From: Chloroflexota bacterium
Lineage (GTDB): Bacteria > Chloroflexota > Dehalococcoidia > GIF9 > UBA5629
NCBI GenBank assembly: GCA_016865895.1
Contig: VGNY01000003.1
Span: forward strand, 1-49,120
Length of the DNA: 49,120 bases
Reading direction: 5' to 3'
Positions within the stretch are counted from its first letter, which is position 1. The number at the start of each line of letters is the position of its first letter. Positions 26,856-37,252 of this stretch are shown here, piece after piece. The notes beneath the pieces are model-generated. The model was given only the letters and a program-made list of their open reading frames with translations, was not told where the DNA came from and made no database searches. The position numbers and the translations under genes were made by a program.

Positions 26856-27917
26856 TCAATAAGCAAAGGGACGCAGCCGATAGGATGTCTTGAATATCTC
26901 CCATCTGTGGGCTAACCCTCTTGGCTCAAAGATTATAAACAGCATGATGACTAAACCGTAAACTATCGGGCCAAGAGCTGCCTGAAGAAAGGCTCCCCAA
27001 GCCACAAAAATCCCCGATAGCCACATCCCTAATACCTTGGTCAATTCGTCAAGAATGCGTAAGAACGCAACACCAAAAACAGCCCCAGCCGTGCTACCCA
27101 TGCCTCCCACAATCATCATCCCCACATACCATATTGAATCCATCAAGGTGAAGTGGTCAGGATTTATGGCCCGCATCCAGTGCGCCCAGAGACAACCAGC
27201 AACACCAGCATACACCGAGCAAATGAAAAAGGCAAGCAGCTTATACCGAAAAACATTAACCCCCTGTACCTCAGCCGCTAGGTCATTATCCCTGATGGCG
27301 ATGAAGGCCCTGCCCACTCCCGTTCTAACCAGGTTTTTGGCAAAGAAAGTCATCAACACTGCTATGGGGATGATTATGTAAAACATACTTTGAGCCGATG
27401 TGCAAGCAAAATCACCTATTCTTGGTGCTGACACTCTCATGCTATGTACTCCGCCAGTAATACCCTCCAGAGGATTGCTTATTAGAGCCGGAATTATGAA
27501 CTGAGCTGCTAATGTCGCCATAGCCAGGTAGAAGCCTTTAACCCTCAACGAGGGCAGACCGAAAATCAATCCGATTATACCGGCACTAAGGGCTGCGCAA
27601 GGCAAAGCTGCCCAAAATGACCAACCCAGCTTCGCAGTTAGTATGCCCGAGGTGTAAGCTCCCACTGCCATGAACGCTGCCTGTCCCAGCGAAATCTGGC
27701 CACAATACCCGGTAAGTATGTTAAGTCCATGGACCGCAATCAAGCTAATGCCAATAAAATTGAGTAAGTTCAGCCAGCGGCCGCTGAGGAATAGCGGTAG
27801 ACTAAACAGGAAAACAAGTCCAATTACCAGTATTATCCACTGCAGACGGGTACGGACAATCGCCATATCTTTGGCGTAACTTTCATCATAAGTACCACAG
27901 GGACGAGCTACCGCCAT
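26856..27917 (-). CDS. ABC permease, LivM-like
   Basis: GYCGQISLGQAAF, LRVKGFYLA and AIRDNDLAA. Confidence 0.92.
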   Translation of the reverse strand: MAVARPCGTYDESYAKDMAIVRTRLQWIILVIGLVFLFSLPLFLSGRWLNLLNFIGISLIAVHGLNILTGYCGQISLGQAAFMAVGAYTSGILTAKLGWSFWAALPCAALSAGIIGLIFGLPSLRVKGFYLAMATLAAQFIIPALISNPLEGITGGVHSMRVSAPRIGDFACTSAQSMFYIIIPIAVLMTFFAKNLVRTGVGRAFIAIRDNDLAAEVQGVNVFRYKLLAFFICSVYAGVAGCLWAHWMRAINPDHFTLMDSIWYVGMMIVGGMGSTAGAVFGVAFLRILDELTKVLGMWLSGIFVAWGAFLQAALGPIVYGLVIMLFIIFEPRGLAHRWEIFKTSYRLRPFAY

Positions 27918-27919
27918 TA

Positions 27920-28792
27920 CTATATCCTTTCTATCCTCTTAAGCCCAAAAAGCCCCTCAGGGCGGATAATCAACACCACAAGCAGGATAATATAAGGTGT
28001 TATCTCCATCATCCACGTTGCAACTAAACCCCCAGCCAGGTTCTCCAGCACCCCCACCGTCAGCCCACCAATCAAGGCACCACCAATAGAATCCAGCCCA
28101 CCGAACAATACCGCTGGAAAAGCCTTGAGACCAATTAGAGCCAAAAATTGACTTACGCCGAGTCGATACCCAAGAAGCATGCCGCCCACGGCAGCTACCA
28201 CCCCACACAACGCCCAGCTCATGCTGAAAATGGTCCTGACATTTATCCCCCGTGCCTGAGCCACTTGATGGCTTTCAGCAGTGGCCCGCATAGCCAATCC
28301 CATCCGCGTCCGCTGATAGAACAAAAACAACAGAACAAAAAGAGCCATAGCCAAAAAGAATGACCACAACAGGTCATGAGAAAATACTATACCGCCAATA
28401 GATACTGGAGCTCCAGGTAAGAACTCGGGCAGCCTATGCTGATAAGCGCCCCAGATGCCCATTGCTACCCCATTTAAGAAATAAACTAAAGCCAGGGTTA
28501 CCAACACCGCGCTCAACAGTGGCTGACCGATGAGTGGCCGCAGTGTAAATCTCTCTATCAGCAGCCCCAAAGCAATACTGCCTACCAAACTGACCACTAG
28601 GCTAATCCATACAGGCAAGCCAAATTGCTCCATAGACATCCAGAAGAAAAAGGCGCCAAACATCATCATCTGCCCTATGGCGAAGTTGAAAACGCTGGTG
28701 GACTTGTAAACCAACACTATCCCAAGTGCAATAAGTGCGTATACACCGCCCACCATCAATCCGTTAGCTGTATACTGAAGTACTGCTTCCAT
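27920..28792 (-). CDS. ABC permease, LivH-like
   Basis: YALIALG, GLAMRATAE and RPEGLFG. Confidence 0.92.
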   Translation of the reverse strand: MEAVLQYTANGLMVGGVYALIALGIVLVYKSTSVFNFAIGQMMMFGAFFFWMSMEQFGLPVWISLVVSLVGSIALGLLIERFTLRPLIGQPLLSAVLVTLALVYFLNGVAMGIWGAYQHRLPEFLPGAPVSIGGIVFSHDLLWSFFLAMALFVLLFLFYQRTRMGLAMRATAESHQVAQARGINVRTIFSMSWALCGVVAAVGGMLLGYRLGVSQFLALIGLKAFPAVLFGGLDSIGGALIGGLTVGVLENLAGGLVATWMMEITPYIILLVVLIIRPEGLFGLKRIERI

Positions 28793-28797
28793 CGTCT

Positions 28798-30693
28798 TTA
28801 ATCCACCGAGTTAATTTTGATAGCCGTCGTTATAGTACCCTTCCTGCCATCACGATAGGTAATCGGTGCCTCCACAGCCATCTCGCTGGCTCCGCTGTAC
28901 AACGCGTCTATAAGTTCCTTGTAACGCTCCTCAACAAAAGTTCGCTTTATCTTCCGTGTCCTGGTCAGTTCCGCTTCATCAGCATCAAACTCACGATGCA
29001 AGTTAGCAAATTTCTTTATCCTCGCCCACTCTGGCAGGTTCTTATTTATCCTTTCAATGTCCTTACGAATAAGCTCAATTACTTCCGGCTTCTGAGATAA
29101 ATCAGTAAATGTAGTGTACGGTATACGCCTGGCTTCAGCCCAACGACCAACATTATCTAATTCTATGTTTATTATGCAGACAACATAATCCTTGTCCCCA
29201 CCGCCAATAGTCAATACATCCTTTATATACGGACTGAACCTCAACCTGATTTCAGCATACTGCGGTGAGAACTTACGCCCACCACTCAACTCCCGCAAGT
29301 CATTCATCCTGTCCATGACGATAAGATGTCCATCATCGGTGATATGACCAAAGTCACCGGTATAATACCAGCCATTCTTGAGTTTCTCCGCAGTAGCCTC
29401 AGGGCTCTTATAATAGCCGGAGAATAAGTTTTCGCCTTTGACTATTATCTCCCCATCATCAGATAGCCTGATTTCAACCCCTGGCATTACAGGGCCCGAT
29501 GTTTCTGGTCTCACATCATCGTCTCTGTGAAGGGTGGCAAGACCGCCCTCAGAACTGCCATAAAGCTGCTTGATGTTGACGCCAATGGCCCGAAAGAAAC
29601 GGATGACATCAGGGCTGATGGGCGCTGCTGCCGTATAAGCCATCCTAATTTTGGATAATCCCACTTTGTCTTTAAGGTCCCTAAATACCATCCAATGAGC
29701 CAGAAAATGCAGAAGGCGCCAAAATAAACCCGGCTTCTTCCTAGCCACCTGAATATCGGTGTACTTGTAGCCCACGGGCAAAAACAGATGATATAAGAAC
29801 CTGTTAAAAGGCGTGGTATCAATTATCTTAGCCTGTATTAGACGATTTACGCTCTCCCAATTACGCGGTCCCCAAAAAAGGACCTGAGCACCAATTTCCC
29901 TGATGTTCTCCTGTACGGTTTCAGGCTCCTCAGGAAAACTGACTTCCATACCAGAAACCAGCGACCCAGCAATACCCAAACCCTGCTCTGTAATCCAGGC
30001 TGGCGGCAAGAACGAAACATACTGCTCATCCTCACGCCATCTGTCCACATTCCACCAAGCTTCACCTGCCTGAATTGCGGCACTATGTCTCAACATCGCA
30101 CCCTTAGGCAAGCCAGTCGTGCCTGAGGTATAGCAAAAAACAGCTACATCTTCCCCACTGCCCCGCTCTAAGTTCGCCTCGAACAAACCTGGGTGAAGTT
30201 TCTCGTATTCTTTACCCAGATGGATAACTTCATCAAAACTCATTAAAATAGGGTCATCGTAGTTCCATACCCCTTTAGGGTCCCAGTAGATGACCTTCTT
30301 AAGCAATGGAAGTTCATCCTTGATCTGAAGTAGCTTGTCCACCTGCTCCTGGTCATGGGCTATCACAATCTTAGAATCAGAATGTTCAACAAAATACTTG
30401 ACCTCAACAGGCATACAATCGGTAAATACGCCAACCACAACTCCACCAGCTGCTTGAGTCGCCAGCTCTGCCCAATACCACTCTGGCTTATTCTCACCCA
30501 AAATCGATACCTTGTCTCCTCGCTCCAATCCCAGGCTTATCAAGCCCAGAGAGAAGTACTTAACCTTCTCGTAATAGTCTTTCCAAGTATAAATCTGCCA
30601 AATGCCGAACTCCTTGACCCTCATGGCAACCTTCTTGTCGCCATACTTGTCATAGTTTTGCTTCAACAGTTTGGGTAAAGTAGGCGCTACCAC
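28798..30693 (-). CDS. Long-chain fatty acid--CoA ligase (AMP-binding)
   Basis: YTSGTTGLPKG, YGSSE, YTGDFG and ELTRTRK. Confidence 0.92.
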   Translation of the reverse strand: MVAPTLPKLLKQNYDKYGDKKVAMRVKEFGIWQIYTWKDYYEKVKYFSLGLISLGLERGDKVSILGENKPEWYWAELATQAAGGVVVGVFTDCMPVEVKYFVEHSDSKIVIAHDQEQVDKLLQIKDELPLLKKVIYWDPKGVWNYDDPILMSFDEVIHLGKEYEKLHPGLFEANLERGSGEDVAVFCYTSGTTGLPKGAMLRHSAAIQAGEAWWNVDRWREDEQYVSFLPPAWITEQGLGIAGSLVSGMEVSFPEEPETVQENIREIGAQVLFWGPRNWESVNRLIQAKIIDTTPFNRFLYHLFLPVGYKYTDIQVARKKPGLFWRLLHFLAHWMVFRDLKDKVGLSKIRMAYTAAAPISPDVIRFFRAIGVNIKQLYGSSEGGLATLHRDDDVRPETSGPVMPGVEIRLSDDGEIIVKGENLFSGYYKSPEATAEKLKNGWYYTGDFGHITDDGHLIVMDRMNDLRELSGGRKFSPQYAEIRLRFSPYIKDVLTIGGGDKDYVVCIINIELDNVGRWAEARRIPYTTFTDLSQKPEVIELIRKDIERINKNLPEWARIKKFANLHREFDADEAELTRTRKIKRTFVEERYKELIDALYSGASEMAVEAPITYRDGRKGTITTAIKINSVD

Positions 30694-30706
30694 CTATCCC
30701 TCCACG

Positions 30707-31567
30707 TTACTCTTCTTCTCCCAAATATGCCTTAATTACTGCAGCATCAGCCTTGATTTTATCAGGCGTGCCCTCAGCAATCTTCTTGCCAAAATCTAGA
30801 ACCACAATTCTGTCAGCAATATCCATAACCACGCCCATATCATGCTCCACCAAAATTATGGATTTGACGCCATCCCTCAACACCGGTGTATCTGGATATG
30901 TTTCACCCTGCCCTTCAAAAATATCAATAATGAATCGAGCCATATCTTCTTTCTCCTCAACATTCATTCCCGCCATTGGCTCATCTAAAAGCAAAAGCTT
31001 TGGCTCCAACGCCAAAGCTCTACCTAAGTCAACACGCTTCCTCTGCCCATAAGGAAGAGACCCTACTACCTTCTTCCTTATCGGCTCCATCTCTAGAAAA
31101 TCAATAATATCCTCCACTACACGCCGATGCTTAATCTCTTTGTTGTGTTCCCAACCAAAGTAGATAGCTCCAGTTACGAAATTCGGTTTCAAATGAACAT
31201 GCCTTGCTGCCATTAGGTTGTCCAACGTGGTCAGCCCGGTATAAAGCTGTATGTTCTGAAAAGTCCGCGAAATGCCTAGCTTGGCAATCTTGTAAGATGG
31301 GAGTCGCGTGATTGTCTGGCCATCGAAATTAATAACGCCCCTGTCTGCACGATAGAAACCATTTATACAATTGAGCAGGCACGTCTTTCCAGCCCCGTTA
31401 GGTCCGATGATAGCGAGTATCTCCCCCTCTCTTACCTCAACATTAACCTCTGAAAGCGCTTCCAAACCGCCAAAGCTGAGAAATAGGTCCCGAACCTGTA
31501 ATTTTACCCCTGCTTTCCCCGTGATAGCCAATGCCGACCCCTCGCTTCCAAAACCATCAATAACCAT
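30707..31567 (-). CDS. ABC transporter ATP-binding subunit, LivG-like
   Basis: GPNGAGKT, LPYGQRK, DEPMAG and VEHDM. Confidence 0.93.
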   Translation of the reverse strand: MVIDGFGSEGSALAITGKAGVKLQVRDLFLSFGGLEALSEVNVEVREGEILAIIGPNGAGKTCLLNCINGFYRADRGVINFDGQTITRLPSYKIAKLGISRTFQNIQLYTGLTTLDNLMAARHVHLKPNFVTGAIYFGWEHNKEIKHRRVVEDIIDFLEMEPIRKKVVGSLPYGQRKRVDLGRALALEPKLLLLDEPMAGMNVEEKEDMARFIIDIFEGQGETYPDTPVLRDGVKSIILVEHDMGVVMDIADRIVVLDFGKKIAEGTPDKIKADAAVIKAYLGEEE

Positions 31568-31573
31568 CTACAG

Positions 31574-31601
31574 ATTATAACACCAACATGAACTTTGTCA
31601 A
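31574..31601 (-). promoter_or_regulatory. Consensus sigma70 promoter TTGACA-16-TATAAT (extended -10); probably a leaderless transcript
   Basis: Minus strand reads TTGACA aagttcatgttggtgt TATAAT ctgtag ATG. Confidence 0.8.
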
Positions 31602-31668
31602 TCAGTCAAAGTACCTATCTAACTGACCAAAGCAAGCAAAGAAACACATGCTTCAACAGAAATTGGAC

Positions 31669-31697
31669 TTGATTGATGAGCAATAAAAAGCTATAGT
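31669..31697 (+). promoter_or_regulatory. Divergent promoter TTGATT-17-TATAGT for the aldolase operon
   Basis: Spacing of 17; ATG 31704 lies 6 nt after the -10. Confidence 0.55.
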
Positions 31698-31703
31698 CTT
31701 AAC

Positions 31704-32732
31704 ATGGAGGTTTCCCGAAGGGAAGGGTGTGAAATGACAAAACTGAGCGTTGGCAAAATCAGGGGTTTACAGCAGATTTCGACGCCTGAAGGAGTCTTCA
31801 CAATGTGCGCCATGGACCATAGAGGCTCCCTCAAGGCTATGATTGAAAAGGAGCAACTTGATGACAATGTTGACTACCAAGAATTGGTAGAACATAAGCT
31901 GGAGCTGTGCTCTACATTAGCTCCCCATGTTAGTGCAGTCCTGCTGGACCCCAACTATGGCGCTGCGCAGTGCATCACCGGAGGAGTTCTTCCCGGATAC
32001 ACTGGTTTGCTCATCAGCATCGAGGCTACTGGCTACGAAAGTGACCCCCAAGGACGAATAACCACCTTGCTCGACGGCTGGAGTGTAGAAAAAATCAAAC
32101 GGATGGGTGGCTCAGCAGTAAAAATTCTGGTCTACTATCGCCCCGATTTGGCAGAGGTCGCCAGTAAACAGTTAAAAACAATACAGATGGTAGCAAAAGA
32201 TTGCCTGCAGTACGACATACCTTTTCTCGTTGAACCCAAAACCTACGCCACAGAAGGAGAAGACACTAAATCATCGCATTTTTCTACCCGTAAACCAAGC
32301 CTGGTAATCGAAACCGCCCGGCAGGTCACATCATTGCCAATTGATGTTCTTAAAGCAGAGTTTCCCGCCGACATAGAGTACGAAACAAATAGAGAAAAAC
32401 TTCTACAGTTCTGTCAACAATTAAATGAGGCTTCACAAGTGCCTTGGGTCATCCTAAGCGCTGGCGTAGACTATGAAACATTTCGTGAAGAAGTCAAAAT
32501 TGCCTGCAGGGCTGGTGCTTCTGGATTCCTCGGCGGCCGGGCTATCTGGCAAGAAGCCATACATTTTGCGGATAAAAAGGAGCGAGTGAAATTCTTGTCG
32601 ACTACCGTAGCTGACAGGTTAAAAGAACTGGCCGAGATAGCCGCAAAATATGCAGTTCCTTGGTACCGCAAATTTGGCATTGAAGCTAACAATTTAACTG
32701 TCATTCAGGAAAATTGGTATAGGAGCTACTAA
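31704..32732 (+). CDS. Class I aldolase, tagatose-1,6-bisphosphate aldolase (LacD) family
   Basis: AMDHRGSL, LLDP, DVLKAEFP, ILSAGV and GFLGGRAIW. Alternative start at 31734. Confidence 0.9.
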   Translation: MEVSRREGCEMTKLSVGKIRGLQQISTPEGVFTMCAMDHRGSLKAMIEKEQLDDNVDYQELVEHKLELCSTLAPHVSAVLLDPNYGAAQCITGGVLPGYTGLLISIEATGYESDPQGRITTLLDGWSVEKIKRMGGSAVKILVYYRPDLAEVASKQLKTIQMVAKDCLQYDIPFLVEPKTYATEGEDTKSSHFSTRKPSLVIETARQVTSLPIDVLKAEFPADIEYETNREKLLQFCQQLNEASQVPWVILSAGVDYETFREEVKIACRAGASGFLGGRAIWQEAIHFADKKERVKFLSTTVADRLKELAEIAAKYAVPWYRKFGIEANNLTVIQENWYRSY

Positions 32733-32745
32733 AATAGCAAATAAG

Positions 32746-34188
32746 ATGTCTGTAAAGATTCTACGCAACCCTCCCCGAAGGACGAAAATAGTCTGCACTA
32801 TTGGTCCGAGTACCTGCTCAGCATCGGTGATGAAAGAGCTACTCAACGCTGGCATGGATGTAGCTAGAATCAACTTCTCCCATGGCACCCATAAGGAGCA
32901 CGCCAGCTATATAAAAATTCTCCGCCAGATAGCTAAACAAGCTGGCTTACCACTAGCCATAATGCAAGACCTACCCGGGCCAAAAAATAGAACGGGAAAA
33001 CTTAAAAAAGGCACCGTTGAACTCAAAGAAAATTCGAGTTTTGTCCTCACCACAAGGGAAACACTAGGAGATGAACGCAAAGTATCAGTAGGTTTGCCTG
33101 GCTTGCCACAAAGCGTCAAACCCGGAGATATGATATTCCTTGATGATGGCACTATAAAGCTAAAGGTAACATCTACCAGCAAAACCGAGGTTGATTGCCA
33201 GGTGGTAGCCGGTGGTAGCCTTGGAGAGGAAAAAGGTATCAATATACCCGGCATGAAGTGGAGTGCCCCCACAATCACAGACGAGGACTGGAATCATTTG
33301 CTTTTCGGTCTGAAACATAATATAGATTTCATAGCTTTATCTTTTATTAAAGAAGCCGACGATGTTCTGAAAGTAAAAAATTTCCTACAAAAGAAGAAGA
33401 AGGCCCCAGCGATTATAGCCAAGATCGAGAGGCGGGAAGCTCTGGACAACCTTGGAGAAATACTAGCGGTAGCCGATGGTGCCATGGTTGCCCGCGGCGA
33501 CCTGGGTATCGAAATTCCAATACAAAGAGTGCCTGTAGTTCAAAAGGAAATCATTCACAAGTGCAACCATTTGGGGAAGCCGGTTATTGTAGCTACTCAA
33601 ATGCTGGAGTCGATGGTGAATACACCCCACCCCACTCGAGCTGAGGTCACTGACGTAGCCAACGCCATTTTTGATGGTGCCGATGCTGTCATGCTGTCAG
33701 AAGAAACCGCCATCGGCAACTACCCGGTAGAAGCTGTATCAATGATGACTCAAATTGCCATGGAAGCGGAGACAGCCCTACCCTACGAAGAGATTTTGGC
33801 AAACAAGGGTAAAGACCTCCAACCTCAAACCGATGATGCCATCAGCTACGCAGCTTGTCATACTGCCCACCAACTAAGAGCATCTGCCATCATAGCCTTT
33901 ACTTCTTCAGGCAGTACTGCCAGACGTGTTTCCAAGTATCGCCCCAAGGTACCGATTCTTGCTATCACCCCCAACCAGACAACACAGAGACAATTATCAC
34001 TATCTTGGGGAATACAAGCCTTTCAAATACCCGAGCCTTCAACTATAGCCGCGCTATTCTCACGAGGAGCTAGAGTCGCCAAGCGAACCGGGTTAGCCCA
34101 CGAAGATGACTTGGTTGTTATCACCGGCGGTGTACCTATCGGTATCTCCGGCAGTACCAACCTATTAAAAGTGGAGACAGTCAAATGA
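32746..34188 (+). CDS. pyk: Pyruvate kinase
   Basis: RRTKIVCTIGP, NFSHG, AKIE, MVARGDLG and ATQMLESM. Confidence 0.98.
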   Translation: MSVKILRNPPRRTKIVCTIGPSTCSASVMKELLNAGMDVARINFSHGTHKEHASYIKILRQIAKQAGLPLAIMQDLPGPKNRTGKLKKGTVELKENSSFVLTTRETLGDERKVSVGLPGLPQSVKPGDMIFLDDGTIKLKVTSTSKTEVDCQVVAGGSLGEEKGINIPGMKWSAPTITDEDWNHLLFGLKHNIDFIALSFIKEADDVLKVKNFLQKKKKAPAIIAKIERREALDNLGEILAVADGAMVARGDLGIEIPIQRVPVVQKEIIHKCNHLGKPVIVATQMLESMVNTPHPTRAEVTDVANAIFDGADAVMLSEETAIGNYPVEAVSMMTQIAMEAETALPYEEILANKGKDLQPQTDDAISYAACHTAHQLRASAIIAFTSSGSTARRVSKYRPKVPILAITPNQTTQRQLSLSWGIQAFQIPEPSTIAALFSRGARVAKRTGLAHEDDLVVITGGVPIGISGSTNLLKVETVK

Positions 34189-35123
34189 TAGCTACAGTAA
34201 CTTTAAATCCGAGCCTGGACAAAACAGTTACCGTAGACGAGTTGGTAATAGACGAAACCAATCGATGGACCAGTCTGCGCCGAGACCCCGGTGGCAAGGG
34301 AATCAATGTCTCCCGAGTTGTTCACGAGCTTGGTGGTGAGACCATTGCTTATGGTCTCATCGGCGGCATTGACGGCAAAACATTCAAGCATCTCCTTAGA
34401 CAACAGGGAGTCCCTTTTGACCTTACATCAATCAGAGAGGACGTAAGGACCAACTTTATCATCACCGATTTGAAAACTCGCCGCCAAACTAGAATTGACG
34501 CCCCGGGACCACACATCTCCAGGCATGAGTTGGACAATCTAATAAACAGGATAGCAAATATCAAACCGAAACCTGATTTCATTGTCTTCGCCGGCAGTGT
34601 CCCTCCTGGAATACCTGATGATATATATCGGCGATTAATAGAGGCAGCTAAAAATAACGGTATTAAAACTGCCCTCGATTCCGACGAAAAATGGCTGAAG
34701 GAGGGAATAAAAGCCAAGCCGAACGTCATAAAACCAAATGTGCACGAAGCGGAAGAACTGCTCGAGACAGAGCTGGCAAACGAGGAGGCAATAGTTAGGG
34801 CAGCAAAGACCCTGGTCAATCAAGGCATCGAGGTTGTAGCAATCTCCCGGGGCAAGGATGGACTCATAGTTGCCACTGGGGAAAATGTTCTAAAGGCAGT
34901 ACCACCTCAGGTAGAGATACACAGCACTGTCGGTGCTGGTGACTCGACCGTCGCCGGGCTGGTGCTTAAGCTGAGCCAAGGATATGGAATCAAGGAGGCC
35001 TGTCGTTGGGCAGCGGCAGCAGGAACTGCAGCCACATTAACCCCAGGCACTGAGCTCTGCCGCAGAGAAGATGTGGAAAAACTTCTCCCTCAAGTGAAAG
35101 TAGAACAGCTATCCACTATGTAA
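34185..35123 (+). CDS. 1-phosphofructokinase-family hexose-phosphate kinase (PfkB/FruK/LacC)
   Basis: TVTLNPSLD, GGKGINVS, KPNVHE and STVGAGDS. Confidence 0.93.
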   Translation: MIATVTLNPSLDKTVTVDELVIDETNRWTSLRRDPGGKGINVSRVVHELGGETIAYGLIGGIDGKTFKHLLRQQGVPFDLTSIREDVRTNFIITDLKTRRQTRIDAPGPHISRHELDNLINRIANIKPKPDFIVFAGSVPPGIPDDIYRRLIEAAKNNGIKTALDSDEKWLKEGIKAKPNVIKPNVHEAEELLETELANEEAIVRAAKTLVNQGIEVVAISRGKDGLIVATGENVLKAVPPQVEIHSTVGAGDSTVAGLVLKLSQGYGIKEACRWAAAAGTAATLTPGTELCRREDVEKLLPQVKVEQLSTM

Positions 35124-35216
35124 GTTAAGAAAGACTCAGAACCCCTAAACAAACCAGGATACTACCGCGACTACGGCAGCATTCCAAAGATAGTAAGTTC
35201 AAAAGTGTCCTTATTT

Positions 35217-36395
35217 TTACTTAATATCAACCAGCCTCATTCGAACATTCTTGTAGCCAGCTTTAGCCGCAGGGTCTTTCTCCACCTTCCAAAGTTCAAA
35301 GGTGCCGGAGACTCGGTCGCCATTGTCGTCGAAAGTGATAATGCCGCTGGCGCCATCATAATTCTGCCCTATTTTTAGAAGAGCATCCCTTGCAGCCGCA
35401 CCATCATAGGCACCTGCTCTCTCTATTGCCTTGGCAATCATCGCTATGGCATCGTAAGTAGTATCACAATAAACACTGGGGTCTTTTCCCGAGGCAGCTT
35501 GGTAGGCAGCAGCGAACTTATCATAAGCGGCACCAGAAGGACCAGCAGCTCTAGTACCAGCAATAATTGCCTTCGCCATAAATTCAGCACATTTCGGTTC
35601 CACAAACATGCCATCACCATAGTTGCCATCACAGCCCAGCCAGGCGATTTTATCCAATCCCATCTCAAAAGCCTGTTTAAAGACTATGATGCCATCCTCG
35701 GCATAAGTAACAGCAAGAACCACGTCCGGGTTACTACCTCTAATTCTTTCCAGTTCGGTGCGATAGTCCTTTTTAGCTGGGTCGAAATGTATTGATACTA
35801 CATGCTTACCTGCCCATCCAGCCTTCTTAAGCGCATCAACCAGCGCCTTCTCTAATCCTACACCGTAAGGATTATCCTGAACTACGGTGGCCAATTTGGT
35901 GAACCCCTTCTCCAGAACAAATTTGGCCAATATTTCACCTTGAAAAGCGTCATGAGGCGTCGTGCGGAATACCCACTTTTTCCATCGCTGCTCAGAAATC
36001 GCTGGTGAAGTAGCAGATGGCGTCACCATCAACACCTTTTTCTCAGCTAAATAAGGTCCCGAGGCCATGGCTGCACCACTGGTCATGCCACCAACAAGCA
36101 CCTTCACCCCGTCTATATCAACCATCTTTTTGACGCGATCTAGGCACTTGGCTGCCTCCGTAGCATCATCCTCTTCTATTAACTGTACTTGCTTCCCCAG
36201 CACCCCACCAGCAGCGTTTATTTCTTTAACCGCAAGCCTAGCACCTTTCATCATATCCTCACCCATAGGACCTAACAAGCCTGTGGTAGACAGTACACAG
36301 CCTATTTTAATTGCCCCAACTTCTTTTGGAGCACAAGCCACTGCTGGTACAAGCAAACACAGAGCAAATATTACTAATAATAACTTTTTAACCAT
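35217..36395 (-). CDS. ABC transporter substrate-binding lipoprotein, LivK-like
   Basis: Lipobox AVAC, EINAAGGVLG, SATSP and FRTTPHD. Confidence 0.92.
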   Translation of the reverse strand: MVKKLLLVIFALCLLVPAVACAPKEVGAIKIGCVLSTTGLLGPMGEDMMKGARLAVKEINAAGGVLGKQVQLIEEDDATEAAKCLDRVKKMVDIDGVKVLVGGMTSGAAMASGPYLAEKKVLMVTPSATSPAISEQRWKKWVFRTTPHDAFQGEILAKFVLEKGFTKLATVVQDNPYGVGLEKALVDALKKAGWAGKHVVSIHFDPAKKDYRTELERIRGSNPDVVLAVTYAEDGIIVFKQAFEMGLDKIAWLGCDGNYGDGMFVEPKCAEFMAKAIIAGTRAAGPSGAAYDKFAAAYQAASGKDPSVYCDTTYDAIAMIAKAIERAGAYDGAAARDALLKIGQNYDGASGIITFDDNGDRVSGTFELWKVEKDPAAKAGYKNVRMRLVDIK

Positions 36396-36520
36396 GTATC
36401 ACCCCTTCTTTAATATTTGATGTTTGAACCAATTCAGCGCGAAAATAACCTTTGGTTAATCACCCCCACTCCCAAAAATTTAATGCTGGTGTCCAATTTA
36501 GCAATAAACGCAAATTCGTG

Positions 36521-37249
36521 TCAACCCCTTTTGGACTCTAATCCCAAATAACGCTGTCTGGAAGAATCATCTGCAAACAAAGACTCAGCAGCTCCTTCTA
36601 TAGCACAGGCACCATCAACCAAAACGTAACCTCTTTCAGCAATACTCAAAGCCTTTCTAACATTTTGCTCTACTATCACTATGGCTGTGCCCGCTCTTTC
36701 TATACTCCCCAGCTTGGATACGATTACTGAGATCGGCTTAGGAGATAACGAAGCTAACGGCTCATCAAGCAGCAGGACCCTAGGCTGAGCCATCATAGCC
36801 CTTGCTATAGCTAACATTTGCCTTTCACCACCACTCAAGTTTCCCGCCAGAGCATTTCTCTTCGCTTCAAGTTCAGGGAACATCTCAAATATCTCCGCCA
36901 CCCCAACTTTAATAGAAGCTTTACCTCTTCTATGATATGCTCCCATATCCAGGTTCTCGGCTATAGATAAATTAGGAAAGACATTGCTTATCTGTGGGAC
37001 ATAACCTATACCTAGACTTATCAAGCGATCCGGGGCCATACCAGTGACATCCTGCCCCTGGTAAAATATTCGGCCACGGAACAGCTTGGCAAAGCCGAAC
37101 AAACTCTTAAGCAACGTAGACTTGCCGCTACCGTTTGGTCCCACAATAGCCACAATTTCACCATCGCCTACTGCAATGGAAACATTATGCACGATAATAA
37201 CATCGCCGTAGCCAGCATCAATATTCTCCATAGCAAGCACAGGTGACAT
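36521..37249 (-). CDS. ABC ATP-binding subunit, LivF-like
   Basis: GPNGSGKST, LSGGERQM and VEQN. Confidence 0.92.
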   Translation of the reverse strand: MSPVLAMENIDAGYGDVIIVHNVSIAVGDGEIVAIVGPNGSGKSTLLKSLFGFAKLFRGRIFYQGQDVTGMAPDRLISLGIGYVPQISNVFPNLSIAENLDMGAYHRRGKASIKVGVAEIFEMFPELEAKRNALAGNLSGGERQMLAIARAMMAQPRVLLLDEPLASLSPKPISVIVSKLGSIERAGTAIVIVEQNVRKALSIAERGYVLVDGACAIEGAAESLFADDSSRQRYLGLESKRG

Positions 37250-37252
37250 CTA

